Source of the DNA: Amoebidium appalachense
Taxonomy: Eukaryota > Protista > Ichthyosporea
Direction: 5' to 3'
Length of the DNA: 64,000 bases
Assembly: GCA_963693365.1 (NCBI GenBank)
Contig: CAVNZM010000002.1
Coordinates: 7,284,454 to 7,348,453, forward strand
Below, piece after piece: positions 1 to 13,014 of the stretch (within the stretch, counting starts at the first letter, position 1; each line of letters starts with the position of its first letter). A program made the translations under genes and the position numbers. The notes beneath the pieces were generated by a model that was not told the origin of the DNA, ran no database searches, and saw only the letters and a list, made by a program, of their open reading frames with translations.

Positions 1-1169
1 ACATGCAGGCAAGCGCACGAGCTGGGACCTGCAAGTGCGGGGCCATGAACGCACGCACACACACATGCAGATACGGAGCCAAAACGCCCGGACATACACA
101 CCCAGACACCTAGGCAAACTCGCACACATGCAGACACTCGCACCCATCCACTCACCCACCCGCCCACGCCCCGGCCTGGCACACACCTTCAACCACCGGC
201 ACACAGGCAGTAGGCACACCCACCCATCCACTACACGCACACCCCAAAGTTACACAACAAAGAGCACACAGGCATCGACATATATCCCCGAGAAAGCAGT
301 GAGCATCAGTCTATAGCCTAATAATGCGCGTGTGCACCACTCCCCCCCACCCTCCCTCCCCATACCATCCCACCATCACCCTTCTTCAGAGCCTTCCCAT
401 TCCCAATAAGTCGAGATCACAAGCAAACAAGACACCATCCTCCTTTTTTGGTTGCCTCTTGCTTTCAGCTCTGTTTCAATTTTTTCCTGGCCGGTTTATT
501 AGTCTAAACTCTCGGCAAGCCCCCCCCTCCTCTTCCCCCTCAACACACAAACACACCCTCTTCGACCCCCTTTCTTTCTCTCTTCCTCCCAACTCTGTCT
601 TATGCAGAGCCATTCTATTCCCCCTAACAATACACACCACAAAAGTGGATAAAAATGCTTCTTTCACACAAGCTTCCTTTTGCAAAAGATCAATCCTCGC
701 CCTGAACCTCCGACCACTATCAAGTACAAAAACTTCAAACACTGACTTCAGCAGAGCACACCAATAATAAGCCCCCAGCAAAGTAGACTATTCTGTCTAG
801 TTGGATTATGAAAGTGTCTCTCAAAATTGCCAAGCACAATCCATCATAATCAACTTTAGGGGCTAGGAGGTGTCCGAAATCCAAACACCGAGAATCCAGA
901 ACAGAAGTTGCTAAGGCACCCCAGCGCTCACATCCCCAGCGGCGTAGAAGAAACTTATAGCGGAGAGAATAGGAGAATCAGAAGTCCCAAAATTAAGGGT
1001 TGGCGAAAAAAAGCCACAGCTTCCATGCGATTCGCCAACCAAAAAACAAAACCCTCCTGACTGCAACTTGCTACACACACAATGAGCCCAGAGAGGCTCC
1101 CAAGCTGGAATGTGGTGTGTCCAGCAAACCCAAAAAAGGCAAACCCAAAAATAACACAGCTTGACTCAC

Positions 1170-1356
1170 CTCCATGTCCATCATATACAGCGAAAAAACT
1201 TGCTTCCTCATCGCCCTCCATGTGCAGAACAGCTGTGTGGGCATCCTCCATGCTTATACGCCATCCTTGCATGGCGGAGGCGGCGTATGCCAGGTTCTCA
1301 TTCTCCCCGAAAACCGTGTGTTTCTCGGTGATGGGTTCTGAAAGTGTCTGACCCAT
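1170..1356 (-). CDS. Protein phosphatase 2C (Ptc2/Ptc3-like), first coding exon; no further exons were identified here, and they may lie left of the window
   Basis: MGQTLSEPITEK...SAMQGWRISMEDAH...FFAVYDGHGG are canonical PP2C motifs 1-2 with an N-terminal MG. A GTGAGT donor follows at 1169-1164. Confidence 0.93.
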
Positions 1357-2341
1357 TTTGAGTTTGCAAACGTAAAAAAAAACCTTTATTTAGAGGTATA
1401 CGATTTCAAAGGAAAATAGCTCTATGTTATTCTAGGCTAGCTAAAACCTCTTCCGTTTGGGGCACCTTCTACAAACTCTGAAGCGCTCTTTGCTTGCTTC
1501 TCTTTCCTTCGAAGAGAGGTGGAAGTTGAGCAAGCGAGAAATCAAAGAGGTGCAAACCAAAGTAGCCTAAACCACTTTTCTGGCTATGCCGAACTTCCAA
1601 CAACTCTGAATCCTATCTCCACCGGTTAAATCTTCGTTTCACGCTTTTCCTTGTGCTAACGTTTTTTGCCTTCGCGCGCAGCTGAGCGCACAGTGAGCCG
1701 GAAAGTATCCAAGAGCTGTTACCGCTCAAACATCAAAATATAATAAACTAATAAGATTGGAGATTCGGCTTTTAGTGTTATTGGTTCGGGTGAAAATATT
1801 TAAAGATAAATACATAATTGGGTTAGGGTCATGATTTGCTCTAGCCGTTTATTTTTTCATCAACTCAAAGCAAGCTTGCGTACTAAAGGCTTTGTGCGTC
1901 ACAGGCAACAGGTGACCTCTGCTTGGCACCCATAACTATGTACTGTTACATGTGTACGCATGCACGTGCACAAGGGTGAATTCAAGAAATCTGGTGTGTG
2001 TGCCATATATCAATCAGAACCATAAGTTTAGACCTATATTTTTATGGGTTAACGTGGATTATTAGTAAGAAAGTAAAAGAATGATAGTGATCATGATGCC
2101 ACGTGCAAACAAAAAACCAAAGCAACAATACAACGGTTCTAAAAAAAAGTCTGCATGGCCCGGGCATATGGTTGTTTTGCGCTTGTTCAAAGTTCTGGTT
2201 CCGGGGCCAGCAGATTTTCTAGTGGGGGCTTTTCACCCTTCGTTTAATGATCTAAACACGTTTCACATTCCTAGCAAAGCCGTGGCAATGGCCATCCACA
2301 TACATTGCGCACTTGAAAGGCCATATGATGCTGCTGCTCAG

Positions 2342-2377
<36 letters not shown>

Positions 2378-2768
2378 CCCCCCCTCCCCCTCCCCCTCCC
2401 CCCTCCCCAAACACACACACACACACACACCACCACCATCACCACACCACCACCACCACCCCAACCTTCCCTTCCTCCCCCCCCCCCCCCCCCTCCCTTC
2501 CCCTCCCCCCCCCCCCCCCCCCCACCCACCCACACACACACCACACACTGAAATTTAAATCTTACTTGCGAAACTGGATAGATGTGCAAATGGTACGACA
2601 TTCCATTGCTTTTATAACGGGCCTGCTGTTGGGACAGCTTTCTCCTTTTCAGCCTCGTATTGGGTCAAGAAAGAAAGCACTTGGAATGCACTGCACACTT
2701 ACTCCGAAAAAATATAGGAGAGATTGTGCGTGTGCTGTGTGTTTGTGTTTGTGTGTGTGTGCGTGTGT

Positions 2769-2820
<52 letters not shown>

Positions 2821-3007
2821 GTGTGTGTGTGTGTTTGTGTTTGTGTGTGCGCGCGATATTCATTAATGTATGTTACAGTGTTTGTCCACGCTTGCACGCA
2901 CCGTGTGTGGGGCACCCATGTGTGTGTGTGTGTTTGTAGCACATGTGTGTGTGGTGTGTGTGTGCACGTGTGTGTACTGTGTGTGTGTATGTGTGCGTGT
3001 GTGTTTT

Positions 3008-3072
<65 letters not shown>

Positions 3073-3393
3073 GTGTGTGTGTTGGGGGCGAGGGGGGGGG
3101 TGAAGGGCCCGGGGGGCTGTCTTTGTGTGTGTAGAGAGGGCCCGGGGAGGGGGGGGGGGGGGGGGGGGAGGAGAGGGGGAGGGTGTAGAGGGTGAGGTGA
3201 GACCGGTAGGGATGATGGGGGGATGGCTGCAGCCTCCAGTAGTGCAGCCGGAATCCAGCACTCCGCGTTCCCCCCCCCCCCCCCCCCCCCCCTTCCCCGC
3301 CCAAAAAAAATGCCGCCTGGCACCACTCATTCACTGAAAAATCCGCTATTGTTGTTGGAAGAGGAAGAGGAGGATGTGTGTGTGTGTGTGTGT

Positions 3394-3429
<36 letters not shown>

Positions 3430-3464
3430 GTGTATGTGTGTATGGGCGGGGGGAGGGGAGGGAA

Positions 3465-3526
<62 letters not shown>

Positions 3527-5619
3527 AGAATGGAGCCTCAGTAATCTGAAGAGCTGAACCGGCAATAGAGCCTATTCAGCCGGTCTGAAATTGTGTTATT
3601 GCTGTATTCGAGTTGCTCTTTTGCTCGACGTGAACGCTCTCTGAATTATTCCTATTGCAACTTCGCGTAGGGACACATAAGTAGGATATCCGTCTGTGTG
3701 AAAGTGTGTGTGTTTGCGTGGGTGTGGTGTGTGTGCCGGTGTGTGCACGTGCGTATGTGTGCGTGTGTGTGTGCATGTGTGTGGGTTTGGTGTGTGGGAA
3801 TTGGGGAGTGGGACTCGCAGGGGGCAGAAGGAGGCTCTGGCTAATGGGGAGGGGGGGGGGGGGGGGGGGGGGGGGGACAGGAAGAAAGGGTTAGGCAAGT
3901 TAGGAGTGTACGTGGGAGCGCGGGGAGGGGGGGGGGGGGGGGGGGGAGAAGGGGTTGGATGCATATGAGGAGGGGACCTGGTCATGTGCCCTGGCATTGC
4001 ATCTGGTCAGTAATCGGAATAGACCCGGTGGATCCCGTAGTATTGGAATTTCTTGAAAATTAAGGTAAAGTACTATAGTGCCAAAGAAACGCGAGGGATG
4101 GGGTACTTGAAGGCATAGTGTGTGTGTGATATCAGAGCCGTACACTGCCTTTAAATTAGTAATAAAAGTATCATATTTCTTATTAGGTTTGTAATGATTT
4201 TAATCTGGCCAGTCATACCAGTAGAGGGAGAGGATGGAGCCCCCCGGGCTGATGATTGGGTGAGTATACATGTGTGGGAGCTCGAGCTTGTGCACATGTG
4301 TGTGTGTGTGTGTGAGTGTGTGAACATGTACGTAAGGTGTGTGTGTACGTGTGTGTGTGTGATTTCTCTCTCCGTAGTGATGGGGGGGGGGGGGGGGGGG
4401 GGGGGGGGTAAAGGCATGTGGTGGAGGCCAGCCATTTGATGAAATTTTCCCAGCTGCTTCTGGCCGCTAAAGGGTATTGGGATCAGGCTGAGAGGTAGGG
4501 AGTGGAGGGAGGAAAGACCGGAATGGGGGGGGGGGGGGGGGGGGGGGGGGGGGAGGTGGGCACAAAAAGGAGTGCTCGAGCTCAGAGTTGATCCAGTGAG
4601 ATGCGATTGGATGATATGGTTGCTGATTGGTTGCAGATCATCTGATCGTCCTGCTCGTATGCCGTGGTGGGCAATTGAGCAATGGACTCGTGCTGCATTC
4701 CCCCCCCCCACACACACACACGCACAGACACACTTTCCCCCAACCCTACTCCCCTCTCACCCAACGTGCTTCACAACACACACGTGGGCCTCTCCATTGA
4801 AAGCACACACACAAAAAGAGGGTCACATATACGGACACAGAAGCTCATACACACACTCGTGCATGCGCGCGCACGAACGGACATACACAGACACCCATGC
4901 TGCATGCATAAACCGTAACTCCCATGAGTGCGCACGCACACGCACACGCGCCCGCGCCGCGCACACACACACACACGGGACCTCAACTTGCAGCTTCGTC
5001 TTACAGTTCTATCATATCTGTTCGTAGAAAAACTGACGACCGTACTCTACATAACACTTTTTGTTGCTCACTGAGCACATAAATGTTTCGAAAGATTGTC
5101 TCAGTACAGGCGGGAGCACAAGAACTTGGCAGCCACACACACACACTCTCCAAGACTCTCAAGCTCTCTCGACAATTCTCCCGGGAGCTCTTACTCCCTA
5201 ATTTATGAAGCACCATTCAACAGAGATCATAACGGGAATAGAATACAACATCATAGGCTGCCAAAGGGCAGGAAAAAATAAATCGAACGTGGTTGGCCAT
5301 GGCATGCCCCCCAGATTCGTGTATCTTTAGACTGCAATGCAGCTGCAACCTACATACATATAGATTTCAACGGTAAATTTCAACGGTAAAGCTTTCAACA
5401 GCATTTATCAGTGCATTCCTTCGCGAAAAAACAAACTTACGAAGCGGATTAAGTCAAAAGACAAAAAGTATACTCAATATTCAAAAATAGCATCACGGAG
5501 CCAAGCAAGGGACTGGGCAGAAGCACGTCTTGTCCTACGTCATGCTGTCCCTAGGTGGGTACCCCCCCAGTCCCTTCACCTCCCACAAAAACCAACCGTC
5601 AAAAATGCTGAAAAATAAA

Positions 5620-6660
5620 TCAATGCAGAGGAAACCCCACCGCAGGCATAGACCCCTGGATCTCACACCCACCCGGGCAGTAGCGGTACACACACCCAAT
5701 TGGGGTAGCAGAAACCTTCCCCTTTCCGCATATCGTGCTGTAAACGACCGTAAAATGCCTCCGACAGTTCTCCGTTGCAGTAGGCACATTCACTTCAAAA
5801 GACGTCCCATTCCAATACCTTCTTGTCACGCACTGCCTGGCCATAGTTTGATTGACAGGGAACGAATCAAGGCATATCTCCACCGTAAATTGGTCGTTTT
5901 CGTGGACGTCCTGCGGAAGTCCCGTTGATGCCCACGAGAAAACTAGCTTGGTTAGGTTTCCCCGTCCCTTATTATTCTCGATACGTCTATCGATACTTCC
6001 GACGGAGCCTGGGGGCCTGCACACGTCCTTACCGTTACGTGCGACAGGTGACAGATGCCACGACTGCAACCTCCCATGCCCTAGACCTGCCCTGAGTTTT
6101 GTGTTTGCGCACGGAACAAACTGCGTGTCCGCGTCAAATTTTCGTTTTGGGGCTGGGTCTATGACCTCTAGGCACATGTCCTTGTGCACGAGTCTGAGTT
6201 GGTTGGCGGGCAGAGGGAGGAAAAATTCCTTCTGTGTGGGGGGTGCCACCTGGTCCCACCTGCAGTCGACGAAATACGGACGTGTGACTGAGGAGTTTGG
6301 GCCTGTGATTATTGTGTCTGCGACGAGACATAGACCGTTCTTTGTGCGTAGATTTTGCCCGACGGCGTAGAGTTGAAGCACTTTTGGGTCGTTGCATGCA
6401 CCCATGTAGGGCCACGCGGTGCCGCTATCAACGAGGCATTTGTTTGTGCTGGTTGATTTGAGTGCTAGTGGGAGTTTGGTGTGGTCGATTGTGTTGTTGT
6501 TTCTATGCAAACTCGGCGTGATGGTGGTGTTTGTGATGTTTGTGGTGTTTGTGGGGTTTGTGGTGGTGGTGGTGGTGTGGTTGGTGATGGTGGTGGGTGC
6601 AGTATGAACCAAGGCGAAAAAGAGAGAAAGGCCGAGGGAGACAAGGGCGGATGGAGCCAT
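5620..6660 (-). CDS. Secreted protein: signal peptide, Thr/Asn-rich stalk, ricin-B-type beta-trefoil, C-terminal FN3-like domain
   Basis: Intronless 346-aa ORF with a hydrophobic N-terminus and three Cys-paired repeats (NKCLV..GAC, GLCLV..VDC, DMCLEV..VPC..QSW). The C-terminus has an FN3-like pattern (PPGSV..LVFSW..FTVEI..FTVVYSTICGKGKVS). Domain calls are by eye. Confidence 0.8.
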   Translation of the reverse strand: MAPSALVSLGLSLFFALVHTAPTTITNHTTTTTTNPTNTTNITNTTITPSLHRNNNTIDHTKLPLALKSTSTNKCLVDSGTAWPYMGACNDPKVLQLYAVGQNLRTKNGLCLVADTIITGPNSSVTRPYFVDCRWDQVAPPTQKEFFLPLPANQLRLVHKDMCLEVIDPAPKRKFDADTQFVPCANTKLRAGLGHGRLQSWHLSPVARNGKDVCRPPGSVGSIDRRIENNKGRGNLTKLVFSWASTGLPQDVHENDQFTVEICLDSFPVNQTMARQCVTRRYWNGTSFEVNVPTATENCRRHFTVVYSTICGKGKVSATPIGCVYRYCPGGCEIQGSMPAVGFPLH

Positions 6661-8926
6661 TTTTTTATTGTGGGGTGGAACGTGGCATTGACAATTATGG
6701 TGCTACGGTTTTTTTTTAATGTCCTGAATTATTTGGAATGGATTTTGTTCACAAATTGAATGATTGTTTCTAAATACATATCTAATCACATAACATAGAC
6801 CTGATAGTTTCACGGTCTGGGCATTACAAATTTACAATCATGAACATCGGTCTAGACGCTGAATGCAACTGCACTTGTTCTTCATTTATATACCAAGCAC
6901 ATTGTAATGGGCGGTCGCTGATTGGCTGTAAGATGTATACATAAAACCTTACAAATTCTTTTGACTATTCTTTTGACCAGAAAAAGCTATTTAAGTGGCC
7001 CAATATCATGCAGTAATCTGCCTGGACATTCACATGTGTTGTTTTGGCTCGATGGCTGTTCGTGACATCGCTGATATATGCTTACTGTTATATATGTATA
7101 GCAGGACTAGCCATAGCTAGAAACAAATCGGAAATTTTCAATAAACCCAGGGTTTAGCTTTAACTTTAAGGAAGATTTCTACTGTTCTAAAACCGTTACA
7201 CAATGCTGTCAGAGTACACGACGGCCAGAATCAGATGTATGTGAGCGGCGAAAGTGCGTATCTAGCCAATTATGATGGGGCTTCGCACTTCACGAGATAT
7301 AATTCATCGTGCCCACCTCACAAAGTTGGCCAACCAAACTCGGTGCAAAGTTTACTGAACAATTCACAATAATAATTTCAGGCCCGACCATAACCCCGTT
7401 TTTACGGTAAAAAATACCCTAAACTTTTTGAAAATACCATCAAATTTTCAGTTTATGGTAAGCCTCCGCAAGTTTCATGACTTCGATCTCTTAATCACGT
7501 CAGCCCCGATATCGATTCTTCACCATGGCAGGTACATAAGGCTTTCGTTCTTCCTTTTTGTGGGACTTCACTTTTACTTCGATCTCTTAGCTGTCACGTC
7601 AACTTTTTCCTCCCCATTCTTCACCATGGCAGGTATATAAAGCCTTTCGTTTTTTCTTTTTGTGGTTTCTTCAACTGCTTCTGCGCTGCGTGAGTGGAGG
7701 GGTAGCTACTGGGTCGTCGAGGAGCTTTCCTTGTGGCTGCCGTGTTTTCAGCCTTCAGCAGTATGGCAATGACTGGGTTTGCTTGCATGCATTCTGTGGT
7801 TGTGTTTTCCTGTGTGTCCTGCCACAACTAGGCCACCTTATCAAAGAGTTAGAGGCAGCTTCTGTGGGTTTTCTAGGGGACGGGCCCGTGGGGATTGTTT
7901 TCTCGCTCGGATTTGGTCTGCATTGCTCTTTAAATTTAAAGGGCTGACTTGCTTACAGCTGTGCCCTGGTAGGTTTTGAGGGGGGCCTGTTGGAGGGCAG
8001 CAGTAATGATGTCTTCTTGCGGAGTGTGGCCTGGTCATCATCGCTGCATATGACTAGTTGGAGCAAACTAGTTTCACGCATACACGTGCGCTTGTACCTT
8101 TGCCCGCTGGTGTCCTTTGGTCACTTGTTGTTTTATTTTTTATTTCATCGCTGTGGCTCTTTCGAAGTCGGTTATTCAGTGGGTGGTCATGTAGCCTGTG
8201 GCTCTCACACGTACTCATGACGGTATGCACGTGCTGCGATGAACTTTACGTTCGCTGCAGGCGGGTACACAGCGCCGCACACGTACGGTTTTATCGTCAC
8301 CTAACCAATCGAATCGTCTAGACTCGGTCCACCATGATATGCAACCAATCAGTTCGGAAAAACGTGTGCCAGCATGTTTTGCCTTTCGATTCCCGCGCGT
8401 GCGTTTTAACCCCACCTTGAGGCAATTTTAATTAAAAAAATTAAACAGCCATTCATCGAAAAGGCATGAAGCGAAGCAAATTTGAATTTTTGCATGATTT
8501 TGATGCAATCCCTGACAAGGCATTGATAACGTCATGCATAACGTCATTCATTCCCGCTCGAATTCAAACCTCTGTACGGCCGTTCAGTACGGGTACCGGA
8601 CGACTCCGTGTCTTATGTCTGTCTGTTTGCTCCACCGTCACAAACCGTTGGTCGCAACCTATTATTAATACTCTCGGTTGCAGCTGCTTACTATGTGCCT
8701 GTGTCTGTAACCTGTTTCTAACCCCGTCAACCTTACGTACTGTGTGTCATCTTTTTGATCGTTTCATCGTTTTGTGGCCTTTCAGGATTAAGGGCTATGG
8801 TTTAACTGCACCAGCGATTATGCGATCTCCCCTGTATTATCATATATTAACCAGAGACCAATAGGTGAGCAGCTTTGAACATCAGTCAATCGCCGGACAG
8901 CATGATGCAGTCATCGTTATTGGCTC

Positions 8927-10005
8927 CGATTTTTCCTTACACTCTCGCGACCGCGTGCATGCTTTCTGTCGCGGCGCCTCGACGGTTCGATAGAGTCCAG
9001 TGTTCGCTGAATGTGTAAGGAAAAATAAGGAGCCATCTCAGTAGGCGATTTCTCCTTACACTCTCGCGACCGCGTGCATGCTCTCTGTCGCGGCACCTCG
9101 ACGGTTCGATAGAGTCCAGTGTTCGCTGAATGTGTAAGGAAAAATAAGGAGCCATCTCAGTACGCGATTTTTCCTTACACTGGTTCGATTCGTGTGAAAA
9201 GCCAGATTGCCAGATTGCCAGAATGCCAGAATTTTGATGGCATTCCAGAAAGGCTAGATTTCGGTCCGGTTCTTGTAGAGCTAAAATCTAGCTTTTTGGG
9301 TCAAGAAGGCACTTGCCATTTTGCGCGGTAATAGAATATCTTGGCTTATCTTAATGAACAATAATAGTTTTGAAATATTATTTAAATAATTTTTATTTTG
9401 TTAAATGGGCATTTATTACCAAGTTTTATGCATTTTTGAAAAGCTATACTAATAAGGCAAAACGCCTAGGATTGGATACGAACTTTATATGGTGCTGGCG
9501 TGGCCAATCGTAAGGCGCAGGGTCAATCTGGCAATCTGGAAGGGGGGTGGGGGGGGGGGGTCGCCAGATTCTGGAATCTGGAAGAGGGGTCAAATTGAAT
9601 CTGGCCTTAAAAGTTTGTTTAAATTTTACGTTCCGATTCGATTGATCGACGAATAACCATTTTTGGCGAGGCGGTTTTTAATCTGGCAATCTGGCAATCT
9701 GGCTTTTGACACGAATCGAACCACTCTCGCGACCGCGTGCATGCTTTCTGTCGCGGCGCCTCGACGGTTCGATAGAGTCCAGTGTTCGCTGAATGTGTAA
9801 GGAAAAATAAGGAGCCATCTCAGTAGGCGATTTTTCCTTACACTCTCGCGACCGCGTGCATGCTTTCTGTCGCGGCGCCTCGACGGTTCGATAGAGTCCA
9901 GTGTTCGCTGAATGTGTAAGGAAAAATAAGGAGCCATCTGGTAGGCGATTTTTCCTTACACTCTCGCGACCGCGTGCATGCTTTCTGTCGCGGCGGCCTC
10001 GACGG
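8927..10005. repeat. Tandem array of a 119-bp unit (~4.5 copies), third unit interrupted by a MITE
   Basis: Units start at 8927, 9046, 9165, 9828 and 9946 (partial) and are nearly identical. Confidence 0.95.
9182..9722. mobile_element. MITE, 541 bp, 41-bp TIR, 3-bp TSD ACT (PIF/Harbinger-related, possibly Pangu group)
   Basis: TIR GGTTCGATTCGTGT(G/C)AAAAGCCAGATTGCCAGATTGCCAGA. ACT is duplicated at 9179-81 and 9723-25, the empty site is visible in the neighbouring repeat units, and a second copy lies at 58019. Confidence 0.93.
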
Positions 10006-10160
10006 AGGGACGACGTTTTGGGGGGGGGGGGGGGTTGGTGTTAAGAGAGCAACAGAGAGGGAGCCGCAGAGACACACGAGTGAGGATGTCGGAATGGGAA
10101 GGGGGTTTTCTCAATCGGTAAAGAAGGCAGGGTGTGTGTGTATGTGTGTGTGTGCCTGGT

Positions 10161-10224
<64 letters not shown>

Positions 10225-10361
10225 CGTGTGCGCGCGTGCAAGCATATGTATGCGCATGCATATGTGATCGTGTGTGTATCTGTTTATGTGTGTGTATTTT
10301 TTGTGTTTCTGTCTCTCTCTCTCTCTCCCTCTCTCTCTCTCTCTCTTTGTCTGTGTGTGTG

Positions 10362-10418
<57 letters not shown>

Positions 10419-10479
10419 TTTGTGCGTTTGTCTCAGGGTGTGTGTGTGTGTGTATGTGTGTGTGTGGCGGTGGTGGGGT

Positions 10480-10513
<34 letters not shown>

Positions 10514-10768
10514 CTTGAGCTGTTAGCTTTGCGTGTATCTGATTGATTTTGTCTTTCCATTCCTTTTGCCCCATTCCCCCCTTTTTTTCTTCTTCGTTTT
10601 TTTTTTTTCTTTTTTCTTTTTTCCCCTTTGAACGGGGGAATAGGGAGGCTAACCTTTACCCGCTTTTTTTACAATGACGTATTCGGCACCTTCCCTTTTG
10701 GCATATTTCCAATGAACCATTTATTATTGAAATGCGAGAGGCAGAGGGGAGGGTTTTTTTTTTGTTTT

Positions 10769-10799
<31 letters not shown>

Positions 10800-10929
10800 G
10801 AGGGGGAGCTCCGGGGGGAAGGATGCGGGGGAGAAGGGGAGGCGGGAAGAAGGAGGGTAGTCTAAAACCATTGTGCTTCCTCTCAGCAAACTTTTGAGAT
10901 AAGGAGGGGTTGAGGGGTATCAGGAAAAA

Positions 10930-10961
<32 letters not shown>

Positions 10962-11451
10962 TGGGGGGCAGTGGGTCACGGAGTGGGGGACCAAAAAATC
11001 CGACTTGGCAAGCATACCTACACAGGCAAGCCAAACATGCATGTTGGTAGCCTATGATCATATATGATCCGTCAAAAGCAGTGTTTTTTCAACCCAAGCA
11101 GTACCTCAATATTAGAGGTTACCCCCCCCCCCCCCTCGCCCGGGGGGCCCCAGGCTCCGAGTTCCTTTATGTCAATGAACTGTTAAAAAAAACAACAACA
11201 TTGACCTGAAGCCAGGAGAACAATTTTTGTGAAGGAGGGTGGTTGGTCAGGGTGATTGTAGCTTAGATTTTGGTTGCAAAATGGTGTGACATTCAGACTG
11301 GACTTGCACGACTTGGACAACATCTCTGGTAGGCACCTAGTCCAATCTTAACCGTCCGTTTTATGATATAGGTCTATTATGCCTCATGTCAACGTCAAAA
11401 TTAACCCCATACCGGCTCACCTCCCCCCCTCGCCCTTCCCTCCTCCCCCCC

Positions 11452-11489
<38 letters not shown>

Positions 11490-12982
11490 TCCTCCCCCCG
11501 CCCGCGGACCCTCCAGCTCTGACGCCAGCCCCCTCATGCCCTTGGAAGGAGTAGGCGGAATTTATGGTTGCATAAAGTTTGGCTGTTACTGTAGCCACTA
11601 CATAAAAATGCTCTTTTTTCGAGATTCCCCTCAGCCCATAAGGACAAACAGAAATACACCGAGTCTTCATACTATGAGGTACGCAAGGCTCTGTCCAGCA
11701 CTTCGGAGCTACGTTCTTCCGAAGTCCCTGGCACTTAATATCAAAATGCAAGCCCTATGACCCCCCCCCCCCCCCCCTTCCCTTCCCTCCCCTCCTTATA
11801 TGTCCACCCATACACTCCAATTCCCACACCCTGGCCTCGCATATGGTACCGTGATACCCTGGGCTAATCTCACTCTAGTTAGGTATATCAATGCACATTT
11901 TGAGATCTGTATATCTCATGTTATATCCAATCAAGATTGGCACCAATCTTACTCGACGAGGGTATACGTAGCCTACTACTACCTAAGGGATAGGAATGGG
12001 GAAATGAGGTTAAAATTGTGAAACAGGACTCACGTGGAGAGGGGAAGGCAAATAGAAATCGACGTTCGGGCCCCCCCCCGGGGGGAAGGGGGGGTGGTCG
12101 TGGTTATGGGTGCCGCTGTCCGGGGGGTGGGGGGAGGGGGGGAGGGGGGTAGTGGATGTTGGGGAGGATCTTGAGGTGTTTTTTTTGGGAGGGAGGGGGG
12201 GAAGGGGGGGGGGGGGGGGGGAAGGGGGGGGGGGGGGGGGGGGGGGGGGAGGAGGCGGGGATCGGGGGAAGGGGGGGGGAGGGGAGGGGGAGGCGGGGAT
12301 GGGGGAACGGGGTGCCCAACCCTACTCTAGTCTATATTTATAACTCTGACATTCAAAAGCTGCAATATATGGGTAAAAATACGGTGGGATAATCCTGAGC
12401 GGTTTTACTACGGAGGAGGTTTACTGCACTGAAGGACAGGGATATCTGTGTGGAAAATTAAAATCTAATATCGAATAATGTAAATGGTACCTAGGAGATG
12501 TGGCTCAATTAGCTGCAGCTGCAGATGGTTATGTGGAGTCGGGGGTAGATAGGTGAAGATTCCACTGACTAATAATATTAGTCATCTAGTAGCAGTGGCA
12601 ATAAACATGTATACCCCCCCCCCCCCCCCCCCCCTTCCTCCCAATATAGTATATGATAAATAAATAAAAAATAAAAAATACGCATATGTGCACAGCGGCA
12701 CATTCTCGCGCACGAACCACTCGAACATACATTCGTTTTACTAGTAGAAAGCTGAAGTAGGTTTGTTTATAGCAAACAAGGGTGCTCGGACATATGTGCG
12801 TGGCTGGGGCCACAGGAGAACACACCGTGGCACACACAATGGTACGTGTGCGTCCGTGCGCACGGACATCCACACACGAAGACACACTGTCATACAGACT
12901 CACACAACCCCCAGCCTCCTTTCCTTTATAATAAGGGGACAGGGAAACGGACTCGAACATGAGAGGTGGTGGTGGTGGTGGT

Positions 12983-13014
<32 letters not shown>

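Noticed and set aside
2081-5027. Many long ORFs rich in HT/CV/P/G repeats (also throughout 10-13 kb, 23.7-27.4 kb, 31.9-37.5 kb, 42-51.5 kb, 61-64 kb)
   Set aside because: They are translations of (CA)n, (CT)n and poly-G/C tracts that lack stop codons, with no coding signal.
8927-10005. CRISPR-like array
   Set aside because: Whole 119-bp units are identical, there are no unique spacers or cas genes, and the context is eukaryotic.
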